This document shows, one piece after another, positions 43,757-54,239 of a DNA stretch of 64,000 nucleotides. Both the position numbers and the translations under genes were made by a program. The notes beneath the pieces were generated by a model that searched no databases, was not told where the DNA came from, and saw only the letters and a program-made list of their open reading frames with translations. Origin of the DNA: an uncultured Nitrososphaerales archaeon (GTDB lineage Archaea > Thermoproteota > Nitrososphaeria > Nitrososphaerales > Nitrososphaeraceae); NCBI GenBank assembly GCA_963841565.1, contig CAWJCY010000011.1, forward strand, positions 1 to 64,000, written 5' to 3'. Numbering within the stretch: position 1 is the stretch's first letter; every line of letters begins with the position of its first letter.

Positions 43757-45271
43757 ATGCCCTTTGAAGTTCCCTCTTCCCTGCATCTGAATTGTTACTC
43801 ATTTTTCCTGGTATTTTTAGCTCTTTCGGCTTTCATCTTTTGTTTACAAATAAATGATTATTTGTCTTTGTATGATCAATTATTTAGTTTTAATTTTGAA
43901 GGGCCCTCTGATACACAAGCAGATCCCTTCTTCGAGGCATACTCGCATTCATCGGCATTCGCATCTACGGGCAGGATGAATGCATCTGATTTGGCAAATG
44001 GTAGTAGTATAGTATCATGGGATGACAATGGAACAGAATTTGTATTGAGAGGCCTTCTCACTGATTTGGGCGAAGAAGGAAGGTGGAAATCATTGTTGGA
44101 CAAGGGTCTGGAAAAATTGCAGCAAAAATATCCTGACAAGAACTTGCTACTTAAGTATCAGGAGCTACCAACTAATGATACTAGGGAAGAATTTCTGCGA
44201 CTCATGACCAATAAATCAACAATCGATTTCATATCCGTTGATCAAATCTGGTTAGGTGAATTTGCCAGCAAAGGCTTGCTTTCCAACTTGACTGCGTACG
44301 TAGACAGTTGGGGAAGAGCACCTGATTGGTACCAGCAACACTGGGACGGCGGGAATTATAATGGAACGGTATACAGTATTTGGACATGGACGGACGTAAG
44401 AGGCATATGGTATTGGAAGGATTTGCTCCGACAAGCTCAGGTTAATGCGGACGATCTAAAAACGTGGAATGGTTACATTGAATCTGCACAGAAGTTAAAC
44501 CAAAAGTTGAAGCCTAATGAAGTGAATGGAACTATTCTATTTGACACATATTATTCTCAAGATCTGTGGTTTCCTTATCTGTGGATGCTAGGAGGCGACA
44601 TTGTGCAGCTCAAGGATGGGCATCCGACTAAGGGAACATACTGGTTTCCCACTTACAACGGTACAGAAGGGCTTCAGGCTCTAGGCTTTATTAAAGATCA
44701 ATTTGATGCAGGAGTGAAACCAGATAGTCTGCCAGCCAGCGATAGACTTGAATTTGCTCAGAAAAAAATTGCAATGTTCCTCGGAGGTTCATGGATACCC
44801 GGATACTTTCCAAACCTGAAAAGAGCCGACTTTGAAAATATGGTAGGATTTATCCCAATGTTTCCCGTGCCAAGTCCTAATAAGCAGTCAAGTACATTAA
44901 TGGGAGGATGGGAACTGGCCATTCCAATCACATCCAATCACAAGACTCTTGCATGGGAATTGATCGAGGCAATCTTAGAGCCTGATATCCTTGGACCTTG
45001 GATTCAGAAGTACGGCTATCTCCCCACCCAAATTCCTCTTGGTCAAGGACTAATTCTCAACCAGACAGCCGCTGAGCTACCTTACTACGGTACCTTGATA
45101 TCTATGATTCCATTCGGCAATATAAGACCAAGCATACCAGAATACCCATCTATTGCAGGACACATAAATGAAGCAATTCACCGAGTTTATTCTTCCAATG
45201 CTACTAATTCAAGTATAAGCACGATTCTAAATGAAGCTGCTCTTAAATCTGCAAGTGCTCTAGGTTGGTAG
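43757..45271 (+). CDS. Extracellular solute-binding protein, family 1 (sugar-type)
   Basis: N-terminal TM, DQIWLGEF, YWKDLL, AMFLGGSW, MGGWELAI, RPSIPEY. Confidence 0.88.
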   Translation: MPFEVPSSLHLNCYSFFLVFLALSAFIFCLQINDYLSLYDQLFSFNFEGPSDTQADPFFEAYSHSSAFASTGRMNASDLANGSSIVSWDDNGTEFVLRGLLTDLGEEGRWKSLLDKGLEKLQQKYPDKNLLLKYQELPTNDTREEFLRLMTNKSTIDFISVDQIWLGEFASKGLLSNLTAYVDSWGRAPDWYQQHWDGGNYNGTVYSIWTWTDVRGIWYWKDLLRQAQVNADDLKTWNGYIESAQKLNQKLKPNEVNGTILFDTYYSQDLWFPYLWMLGGDIVQLKDGHPTKGTYWFPTYNGTEGLQALGFIKDQFDAGVKPDSLPASDRLEFAQKKIAMFLGGSWIPGYFPNLKRADFENMVGFIPMFPVPSPNKQSSTLMGGWELAIPITSNHKTLAWELIEAILEPDILGPWIQKYGYLPTQIPLGQGLILNQTAAELPYYGTLISMIPFGNIRPSIPEYPSIAGHINEAIHRVYSSNATNSSISTILNEAALKSASALGW

Positions 45272-45523
45272 GCTATTTTCAGTACAGAAGATAGGAATTG
45301 AATCAACATTTTCCTAGCTCGTCAGTAGTTGTTAGAATGTATACCTTTCGCTAACTGATAGGGTTATTATCGAATTGGCCATCTCCATTATAACTCCTTA
45401 GATCTAAATCCCTCAGAATATTTTTTTGAATCATAATAATATAGATCTGAATCCGTTTAATGTATACAGTCAAATGATGCAAGAACAAGCCTACTGTACT
45501 ATTCCGTTTACCCTAAAGTCATT

Positions 45524-46129
45524 TTATTGTTTGTATCCACATGTACCACAAAAATTTGTGTGTCGAAGCAGAATTGTTCCACAGCCAACACATTGTTTTG
45601 GCACAGACTTCACTATGGGATACTCTTTATTGTTCTTTTGGCCATTCCGGTAAATGATCCTGTCAAATGATCCGATTGTTTCAATGACTTTGTCTGAATT
45701 GTTGATAGCAATGGTTGAAGGCTCCTTGCCGCTGGTCAATATGACGCCACCGTCTCCCGACCCACCATGGGAGGGGCTTCCGAGAAATCCCTCAATACCA
45801 AAACTGAATTGTGAACCAGCAGTAGATGAATCTTCCATAACGGTACCTCCCGTAGAATCTTTCATCGAAGTTCCCTTTTCAATGGCCGTTCTCATCTCAA
45901 GAATCACGTGCATAACCAGGAAATTTAACGCCGACAAGGATATAGTATAGGTAACTACTTTGTGCACAAATTCCTTCTTGCTGATCTGCTTATTTTTGTA
46001 CATTCGAATATCTGCGTCAAAAGATGTTCTGATATGTTCCGTATCTTTAAGCTGCTGCTCCATTTTGCTTGCCAGATTTCCCAAAACGTCTACTCCCCCT
46101 GGTCCTAGAGGCATGGAAGAGGAATACAT
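45524..46129 (-). CDS. Hypothetical protein with C-terminal zinc ribbon
   Basis: CVGCG......NFCGTCG.KQ. Confidence 0.7.
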   Translation of the reverse strand: MYSSSMPLGPGGVDVLGNLASKMEQQLKDTEHIRTSFDADIRMYKNKQISKKEFVHKVVTYTISLSALNFLVMHVILEMRTAIEKGTSMKDSTGGTVMEDSSTAGSQFSFGIEGFLGSPSHGGSGDGGVILTSGKEPSTIAINNSDKVIETIGSFDRIIYRNGQKNNKEYPIVKSVPKQCVGCGTILLRHTNFCGTCGYKQ

Positions 46130-46944
46130 TAAATTTACACTTCAATCTGTTCGCTCGGAAGTAATAAAACTTTAGGCGCTTTCAGATGCAAAGAAACGGA
46201 TTTATCGCCATAAGTTTCTTATGAAACTAGGTTGGTTTGATCAAAAAAGCGTTGATTTGAACCCATTTTACCAAAATAAGTCCGTTTACAACTTTTAACA
46301 GAACTCGCTAACAAAACGAAAAATGTTAACGTAATCTCAACGGGTATGCGAGTCGTATTGAACATATTTAGCGGTCCATGCTCAGCTCATTTACTCATTC
46401 TTAAAAAATAGGATTGCATAATAAAATATAAGGATGCTTCCCTAGGGGGGAATGTGTCAGGGTTGTCAACGCAGTCAGTCAACAAAACAGCGTAGGAGTT
46501 TGAATTGAAAAGAAAAGGATTTGTATCAGACATTTCTAACTTCACGATCCTCCCTACGGACCAAGCAAAAACAGAAGTATCGCACTTGCTAATTTGTAGG
46601 ACAAGGAAGGGTACAATGTATTCAATGGTCAACTTCTTCTAAAGCATGAGATATAAGAGTGCCCTTGTTTCGTGGTCGTCCGTCTCTAGTCATACGGAGT
46701 CTTACTGATACGACTGTCCGTTGACTCACAATTGTTAAAAATGGAGAATAACACGTACATTCGAGCAGGTTAGGAATATTTTCTGTGAAATACGACATTC
46801 TATTTCAAATGGAAGGGATCTTGAAACCCTAGTTGACGTTTCAACTGTGCTTTTGGATCTTGACTGTCCTTACTTCACAAATCGTACAAAGCATAGGTCT
46901 TCAACATTTGTTATTTTTTCATGATTCTCACATTCGATCATTCA

Positions 46945-47691
46945 TTAGTTTATTGTTTCCCCAATATCTTCCAAGTCAATAGGATGTTTCTGAGACCCTA
47001 TTCCTAGTGCTTCGAGTTTTGACTTTACTATCCCACCTTGGGTCAGAATTTCTTTGCTACCTAAATCGGAAAGCACTACTTCACAATTATCCGCGTGTGT
47101 ATCACCGTTCATGGGATTAAAGTCGATAATAATGTCGTAACCGTCTCCACAATCGAAATAGTCTGGCCCAGGTCCACCAATTAATACGTCGTCACCGGGT
47201 CCGCCATAAAGCTCGTCCTTTCCTTTATCACCTACCAAGAAATCACCACCGAAACTAGCCATAAGAATATCGTCGTTTGGACCACCATACAAACGATCGT
47301 TACCATCTGAGCTGCTGAGTTCGTCATTTCCTTCATCACCATAAAGAGTATCATCTCCTACCGATCCGTGCAGAACATCATGTCGCTCTAATCCTCTTAG
47401 TGTATCACCTGAGGTGCATCCGGTACCTTCCGTAGGAATGGGACAACCAATGATAATATCATTGCATTCGGTTCCCTTGGTATAGGATCTCGTGCCAATT
47501 ATTATCTTTGTTTCACTACAATTACGATCATTATTTTTATTATTATTGTTATTATTATTATTGCCATCATCACCGTTGCCATTCCTGGCATGTGAGTCGT
47601 TTGGGAACTCTACGCTAACAATGAATCCTATTGTTAATAGTAGCCCAAATAAAACAATGATTAAGGAAAACCCACTATTATCTATATGCAT
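46945..47691 (-). CDS. Secreted hemolysin-type (RTX-like) Ca-binding repeat protein
   Basis: Signal peptide, poly-Asn, GGxGxDxLxG nonapeptides, DYFDCGDG.D.I.DF. Confidence 0.88.
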   Translation of the reverse strand: MHIDNSGFSLIIVLFGLLLTIGFIVSVEFPNDSHARNGNGDDGNNNNNNNNKNNDRNCSETKIIIGTRSYTKGTECNDIIIGCPIPTEGTGCTSGDTLRGLERHDVLHGSVGDDTLYGDEGNDELSSSDGNDRLYGGPNDDILMASFGGDFLVGDKGKDELYGGPGDDVLIGGPGPDYFDCGDGYDIIIDFNPMNGDTHADNCEVVLSDLGSKEILTQGGIVKSKLEALGIGSQKHPIDLEDIGETIN

Positions 47692-47994
47692 TATATATTC
47701 TTACCATGCACTTCCTAATATTGAATAACTGGAATTTCCTGTCCAAACTGTTACGTAATGCTGTACAGTATGAATTGCCTAATCGATAATCTTGAAACTG
47801 TGTCATAGAATTCTTCACTAACAGATTCTTAAACATACTAGGCCATACTCTAATGTTCCCTTATTGGGGAACCTATCACACAACTTGAACCGTATTAGGG
47901 AGTACTGAAATGAGGAGTGGTTATCAAAATAAGGGAAAATCAATGCATAAGACGGGACCACCGCCCATCAGCATTGATGGGAAGATCGAGAGCA

Positions 47995-48588
47995 CTACTT
48001 ATCTTCGCTCATTTCACCCAAGTTGAGCTTGGCTTCCAAGACATTAGAGATAGGAATAGCTTTCTCATCATCTGTGAGCAATGCTATTGCAGTTATATTT
48101 TTCAGACTGTGATCATTTAGAGTGGTGGCAAGTTGGATGGTTCCCTCTGGACTTGTTATGTTTAATGGATGAGGAAGTGATGAAGTTCGTATTAATGATT
48201 GATTGGCGGCGTAAACTTCCATAATTGCGTTGATAGGATTATCTATTAGTGATGATTCAGTTACATTGTAGTTAAGAAGTAACTTGACTTGATTTCCGGG
48301 GCTGTTGCTTATCGGACTCAGTGGTACAAAATGAGAATAGTTTAGTGTTTGGGATACACTATTTGGAGAATACCTTGGCGATAGCGTTAACTCATCTTTA
48401 ATATCCGCTGATATTTCGTCTCTGATGGATGTTGCACTCGAACCAAGAGGGTGATCCTGCGCCATAGCAATTTTTTGTAGAGAATGTGGAGAAATTGCGA
48501 GCGAGAGGCAAACAGATAGGAAAAGAAATCCTGTTGAGAAGCCAAGTTTCGATACGTTTGAAATCCGTCGTCGCAATGAGGGTTTCAT
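47995..48588 (-). CDS. Hypothetical secreted protein
   Basis: Signal peptide ending AMA|Q, with NxS/T sequons. Confidence 0.7.
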   Translation of the reverse strand: MKPSLRRRISNVSKLGFSTGFLFLSVCLSLAISPHSLQKIAMAQDHPLGSSATSIRDEISADIKDELTLSPRYSPNSVSQTLNYSHFVPLSPISNSPGNQVKLLLNYNVTESSLIDNPINAIMEVYAANQSLIRTSSLPHPLNITSPEGTIQLATTLNDHSLKNITAIALLTDDEKAIPISNVLEAKLNLGEMSEDK

Positions 48589-49152
48589 ATTCTGTTACCC
48601 ATCACAATCTTTATAATAATAGCCTCAGAAACTTTAGATGGACTATTCCTCTATTAATCTTAGTAATTAACGAACTATTGATTATTATCGTAAGTCTTGC
48701 ATGTGAATTTACCAAACTTGCTTCTTCGTGACCGCATTTTTGGTTGTTGATTGATTATCCCTATCATCACGCTTAAGGAATTTCCTTTTTGGATATTTCC
48801 TCAAATTTCTCTAGGGTGAGCAAGCGTCAGGTCAGTATGCTATTCGAGAATCTAGGTCAAGACTGCAATATAATTAAACATTGGCTGATTGTTGGTCGCT
48901 GCAATTGATTAATTTAGCCAAATTTAATTCGTTAGGGGTTGTCTTTATGGGTATATTTTCTAATCATTATTTTTCCATGTTGACATTATTCTAACTTTAA
49001 AGGCTAAACCGTAAACCGCATCTGCCTCCTCATTTCGCGACAAGATAATAGACCTGCTTGTTAAATGCATAGATACGGGGCTGGAGGGGCATTACGTTGC
49101 AACACAACGCAAACCAATAATTTATTATAATTTGGGGTACTTAACATAGTAT

Positions 49153-49776
49153 ATGTCAAGGGATGTTAAGGTTAACGATAGTCCTAATCATTTCATTGTG
49201 CTGGATGCAATAGGCAGAGGAATGAAAACAGTAGACAAGATAGGCAAGGTGACGCGGCTTGATAAATCTGAGGTAGAACTAATACTCAACGATCTTGCAG
49301 TTCAGCGATTGGTAGTCCGAACGGATAAGAAAGGCCTCTTTCGGAACAAGACAGAATTCGTCATCAATGAGACTGGTCAGAGCTTACTTGACTCCAAAAA
49401 ACGAGAATTACAACATAAGGCCAAAGACATGGAGCAGGCCTACGGCAATGGTAACACCGCACAGTTGCAATCATTCATGCAAGCCGACAGAGCCTGGATA
49501 CCTTTCCTCTTGTTTTCTGGCTTACTTGACGTCGTGTTCTTCGCGTCAATGATGTCCTTCATGGGTATGGCAATGAGTCCTCAGGAGAGCTCGATGGCCG
49601 GAGATGCCGGAAGCGCTACTGACTCGACAGATTCTAGCTCGGATACTGCGGGCCAGGAAGACGTCGGTGGTGGTACGGATTCAGGGGGCGACAGTAGTGG
49701 AGGAGGCAATGAAGGAGGAGGATTTGATAGTTTTGGAGATTCGGGAATGGACTTTGGCGGTGATTTTAATTTTTAG
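49153..49776 (+). CDS. Winged-helix protein with a hydrophobic segment and an acidic Gly-rich tail
   Basis: wHTH-like N-terminus, WIPFLLFSGLLDVVFFASMM, and a D/G/S tail ending GGDFNF. Confidence 0.75.
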   Translation: MSRDVKVNDSPNHFIVLDAIGRGMKTVDKIGKVTRLDKSEVELILNDLAVQRLVVRTDKKGLFRNKTEFVINETGQSLLDSKKRELQHKAKDMEQAYGNGNTAQLQSFMQADRAWIPFLLFSGLLDVVFFASMMSFMGMAMSPQESSMAGDAGSATDSTDSSSDTAGQEDVGGGTDSGGDSSGGGNEGGGFDSFGDSGMDFGGDFNF

Positions 49777-50115
49777 GATATCGACTTTAAACGGTTAGCC
49801 TTCGTTCAGAGATATATCTCCCTTTTTATTCATAACGAGAAAAAATGTACTTTAAGATGTGTCATTGGTCTAAAATATCATTCAAGTAACTATCCAGAGA
49901 ACCAATATTGTGGAGAGTCATGGTCCCAAGAGACAAGTGTAATTAAATCGACCAGATTGGAGGGAGGCTCTTATTTATAGCACCTACGGAGAAACGTTCC
50001 CATTGCTCATACAGTGATTCATTTTGTTAGCTCGAGATATCGAACCACTTCACCACCGGGGCAATTAAAGTAACAAACAATTAGTGTTGAATATCCATCA
50101 GATATCAGTGATTCT

Positions 50116-50721
50116 GTGACCGAAGACATAATTACAAAAATCGCAAAGACAGGGCATCCGGTTAACGAGCTTATCGCAAAGAGATGGAGCGCAAGAGCAT
50201 TTTCGACAAAACCAGTTGAAAGATCCAAATTGCTTTCCATATTAGAAGCTGCAAGATGGGCCCCGTCCTCTAAAAATGAACAGCCGTGGAGGTACATAAT
50301 CTTCTCAATAGACAATCCAGTTAAATTAATGGAAGCGCAATCGGTCTTGCTTGAATCCAATTCTTATGCTAAAAGGGCCCCGATACTCATATGCGCAATA
50401 GCAAAAAAAAACTACTCTGAAGGAGAGAAATACAACAGGCTTCATTTTCATGACCTAGGGGCCGCAAATGAGAATATGTTTCTCGAAGCTTTCAATCAAG
50501 GTCTCATCATGCATGAAATGGGGGGCTTTGACGTGCAAAAGGCCGTAGAAGTCTTTAAGATTCCTGAAGACTATGAGATTGGAATCATGATCGCAATAGG
50601 ATATCAAGATAAACACTCCGTACTCCCCGAAAGATTCAGAGAAAAAGCATATTCCCCACGAGTGAGGAGAAAGCTGTCTGAGATTGCATATGTCGAAGAT
50701 ATTGGGAACAATTTAGAATAG
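50116..50721 (+). CDS. Nitroreductase family protein
   Basis: RWSARAF, AARWAPSSKNEQPWRY, DLGAA, HEMGGFD, IAIGY. Confidence 0.93.
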   Translation: MTEDIITKIAKTGHPVNELIAKRWSARAFSTKPVERSKLLSILEAARWAPSSKNEQPWRYIIFSIDNPVKLMEAQSVLLESNSYAKRAPILICAIAKKNYSEGEKYNRLHFHDLGAANENMFLEAFNQGLIMHEMGGFDVQKAVEVFKIPEDYEIGIMIAIGYQDKHSVLPERFREKAYSPRVRRKLSEIAYVEDIGNNLE

Positions 50722-51301
50722 AATCAGGAACTCGGCTCTCTAAGATAGAATAGTTGTCTACTTAAAGATTTGATCCCGTGGCCGCTTTAGAATCGGATTA
50801 CCAATTGAATCGAATACGAATCTACCTTGAAATGTTATAACTTCTTATAATATGTATTACTGCCGATTTTAACTCAATGCGAGATGTTATGCATGATCCG
50901 TGGTCCTAAAGCAACAAAGCCATTGTTCCTAAAAGGGGAACATAACCAACAACAGTCATTAAGAGGGGAAAGCGAAATGGCAACTAATGCTTCTAATTTT
51001 AGGGATCTCCAACAAGATATGTAAGACTATTATTCTGAAAACTCTCGAATTTATGGTTCGTAGACTATTTTGGAAGACTGTCGTCATCAACGATAGAAGG
51101 TTATTTCATTTGGTTTCAAATCAAACCGACAAAAAAATCTGCACGCATAATAATTATCACCGCCAAGGTAAAAGGGTTTTACACACTTTTGGCCTAATTG
51201 AATCCTCGTCTATCACATCTAAATGACGTTCTGGTAACTATTTCAATTTTCGTGGGTGGGTTTTTATGTGCTTCAGTGCAAGACCATGGTTAATAGAGCC
51301 A

Positions 51302-51427
51302 TTATCCAACTCCTGTAGGAGGGTGATGCTCCTCATGTTCTAGTTTGATATGTTCTTCCTTTTCATTGAGTGTATCAAATGTGATTCCGCATATTTCACA
51401 AGTGTACCTAGACGAAGATGTTGACAT
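51302..51427 (-). CDS. 41-aa C2H2 zinc-finger protein (not in ORF track)
   Basis: MSTSSSRYTCEICGITFDTLNEKEEHIKLEHEEHHPPTGVG*, with a TATA box upstream. Confidence 0.75.
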   Translation of the reverse strand: MSTSSSRYTCEICGITFDTLNEKEEHIKLEHEEHHPPTGVG

Positions 51428-51978
51428 AAGCCTAGCTAATCATTTAACCAGTTACTGTTATAAAAGGAGTACTCTCACATCGTCAACATTAATCTTGTTT
51501 CCCTTAAGTATCAGGAACAACCCTTCGCTTGAAATTCTTTAGCTAGAAACAAATTTCTCGATAGATAAATGGCAAATTATTCCTAGAGTTCTCTAACTTC
51601 AAACAACAACAAAGATTCTACCCTCTCTCTTCATATGCAAAGATTATCGATTTTCAAAAGTCACAACCCCTAATTTTTAAGGTAATTCTAAATGTCCAAA
51701 GTGCAAAGTGCTGCGATGGGTAAGTCGGCTGCAATTTCAAATATAACGCTTAGTCGGATTTTACCACTTATTCGGTTTCTCTGTCGATGTACCTCATAGG
51801 AAGATGTGATTAATCATCTTTTGTATCGTTAATGACACTTACGATTTAGCTTTGCTGGAATTCAATAGAACAGGGTAGGTGCGTGTGTTTCAGATTCATA
51901 CAATCTAGAAATATACAATTCATCATCTGAGCAACGAGAAGGAAAACAATAATAAAAAACGCATTCAACTTTAAAGAT

Positions 51979-52356
51979 ATGTCTTCCTCTGATCCAGTTT
52001 CAATACTTTCTCAATATCGCTATATTAAACTCGAGACTTTGAAAAGAAACGGAGAAGGCTTGGCAACACCCGTATGGTTTACAGTAGATGGAAGGAAGAT
52101 TAGTGTAGTGACAAGAAATCAGACTGGCAAGGTAAAGCGTCTGAGAAATAATCCAAATGTGCGCGTAGCACCCTGCGGGATGACAGGTCAGCTCAAAGGC
52201 CAATGGTACAATGGAAAAGCTTCTATGGCAAATTCAGAGGAGTTACATAATGCGTTGCGCCTGAGGAGCAAGAAATATGGATTCAGAGTAAGATTGGCAG
52301 GGATCTTATCAAGAACTAAGGGAGAACTGGTTGGGATCAATATTAACCTCGATTGA
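51979..52356 (+). CDS. PPOX-class F420-dependent oxidoreductase
   Basis: LETLKRNG...TPVWF...GKVKRLRNNPNVRVAPC...G. Confidence 0.9.
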   Translation: MSSSDPVSILSQYRYIKLETLKRNGEGLATPVWFTVDGRKISVVTRNQTGKVKRLRNNPNVRVAPCGMTGQLKGQWYNGKASMANSEELHNALRLRSKKYGFRVRLAGILSRTKGELVGININLD

Positions 52357-52740
52357 ATGCGGTGACAATTATCTTATTCTAAGCTTCTCGCTGATTGATA
52401 TGCAACGCATATTCATGCCCAGCGGTGAGGGCAATTTGAGAATGTTATAGCAGATGAGAAGGGGTGGTAACTCCTTATATGTCATATCTTGTTCATAAGA
52501 CCTTTTCGTAATGTCGTTGATCTAAGCAAATAAATATCCATTTTATGACCATCTTCAAATTCAAATTCAAATTCAAATTCAGATCCTAACTCTATCATTG
52601 GTATAATGAAACTTGCCATCAAAGATAATCTGCCTCCGCATTAGCAAAACCACGTAGCCTTAATGGTTGTCTGATTAGATGCCCTGTTTGCTTTGAAAAA
52701 CTGTACAACTTATTTATCTAATGATAAATATAGATGTTAT

Positions 52741-53193
52741 ATGGTGGATATTCAAAAAATTTCATTGTTTGGGCCATTACCTATAAGGATACTTGCTGGA
52801 ATAGCATTTGTTGCGCATGGTATGCCTAAATTACTTGATCCATCAATGACTCAGGGGTTCTTTCCTAACATAGGATTGCCTCCTGAATTGGCCATTCCAA
52901 TTGGGATACTTGAGGTTGTAGGGGGTTTTGCCATCCTTGTCGGGGTACTCACAAGAATAGTATCGATACTATTCATAATTGAAATGGTAGGTGCGACCTT
53001 GCTGGCAAAGATCTCTGAAGGTTTTGTAAGTGGTTTTGAACTAGAATTATTGTTAATGTCTATTTCGATAAGTCTCCTGCTTACTGGTCCTGGAAGGATT
53101 TCTATTGAATTCGATATTCTAAGACGAGAGATATTCCCACATGGCAAGGACCTCATTCAACGGCCCTCTCCTCAGGCAGAACTTAAAAGATAA
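52741..53193 (+). CDS. DoxX family membrane protein
   Basis: RILAG..F.AHG.PK, EVVGG, G.LTR, GFELELLL, GPGRIS. Confidence 0.9.
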   Translation: MVDIQKISLFGPLPIRILAGIAFVAHGMPKLLDPSMTQGFFPNIGLPPELAIPIGILEVVGGFAILVGVLTRIVSILFIIEMVGATLLAKISEGFVSGFELELLLMSISISLLLTGPGRISIEFDILRREIFPHGKDLIQRPSPQAELKR

Positions 53194-53646
53194 CCATTAA
53201 TTATGTCTTTTTTTATTCTCTAGCAGATCCCGAGAAATTAGGATTTCAAGGCTTGATAGTTGTTCAATCAATTATTTTGTTGGGAGCACGCACTACCTAC
53301 CTAGTCCATTATTTGTAACTTTTGCTAATTGTTTAGTAAGCAGGCCGCTCTAAAGACTCTATGCTTAATACACTACCATAAAGAGGAACAGATTGAAGAT
53401 TGATTAATTGAATTCCCATCCCCCCTTGAACGACCAATACATATTGCCATAGATAATTTGTATTCTCCTTGGGGAACAAGCAATCCTTAGATTAGTCAGA
53501 TAGCAATGCGTTTATTGGCAATAGATAGGCGATCATAAATTTAGTAAACATGGAAAAATCGGGTTCTTACCTTTCACGCATTCTAATTGGGTAATAAAAA
53601 TATCCTACTGACAATAAAGAGCTGAGAGATGATCGCCAGAAATAGG

Positions 53647-54219
53647 CTACTGAATTTTATGAGTTGCTTTTAGGCTCCTGACAAAATCTTCTAGTTTCCT
53701 CAAAGTCTCAGAATGTAGATGGTGTTCAATTCCCTCTGCATCTTCGTTAGCGATGTCGTCCTGAACACCGATCATCTTAAAAAACTCAGCGAGTATTCCA
53801 TGCCTCTTGCGTATGGCTTTAGCCACCTCTATGCCCTTATCTGTCAAGCTCATTCCTCTGTATTTTTCATATCTAAGGAACCCTGTTTCATGGAGACTTT
53901 TCATCATCCTCGTAACACTTGGCGAGGAAACATTGAGGTAATCGGAAATATCAACTGTTGTAGCGTAGCCCTTCTGAAGGACCAGTTCATAGATCACTTC
54001 GAGGTAATCTTCCATACGATCAGTTCTGTCTTCTCTAATCGTCCGATTGGCTTCACGAATTGAGGAAAGTCTGGCATCAAGTCCGCCTTTCCCCTGATAC
54101 ATCGGCCCCCGATTGTGTCGTGCTGTCGTAGTTGATGAGGCATCCGATGATGTGTCGTCTACAACACTACCACCACTGTCACTATGCATCATATAATGAC
54201 CTCCTCCCGGCATCTCCAT
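53647..54219 (-). CDS. DtxR/MntR family metal-dependent regulator
   Basis: MEDYLEVIYEL, VSSPSVTRM, YEKYRG..LT..G, RHGIL.EF, AEGIEHHL. Confidence 0.93.
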   Translation of the reverse strand: MEMPGGGHYMMHSDSGGSVVDDTSSDASSTTTARHNRGPMYQGKGGLDARLSSIREANRTIREDRTDRMEDYLEVIYELVLQKGYATTVDISDYLNVSSPSVTRMMKSLHETGFLRYEKYRGMSLTDKGIEVAKAIRKRHGILAEFFKMIGVQDDIANEDAEGIEHHLHSETLRKLEDFVRSLKATHKIQ

Positions 54220-54239
54220 TATTCATATCTGAGCATCCT

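Noticed and set aside
52554-52580. (TTCAAA)n hexamer run
   Set aside because: A short intergenic microsatellite with no evidence of function.
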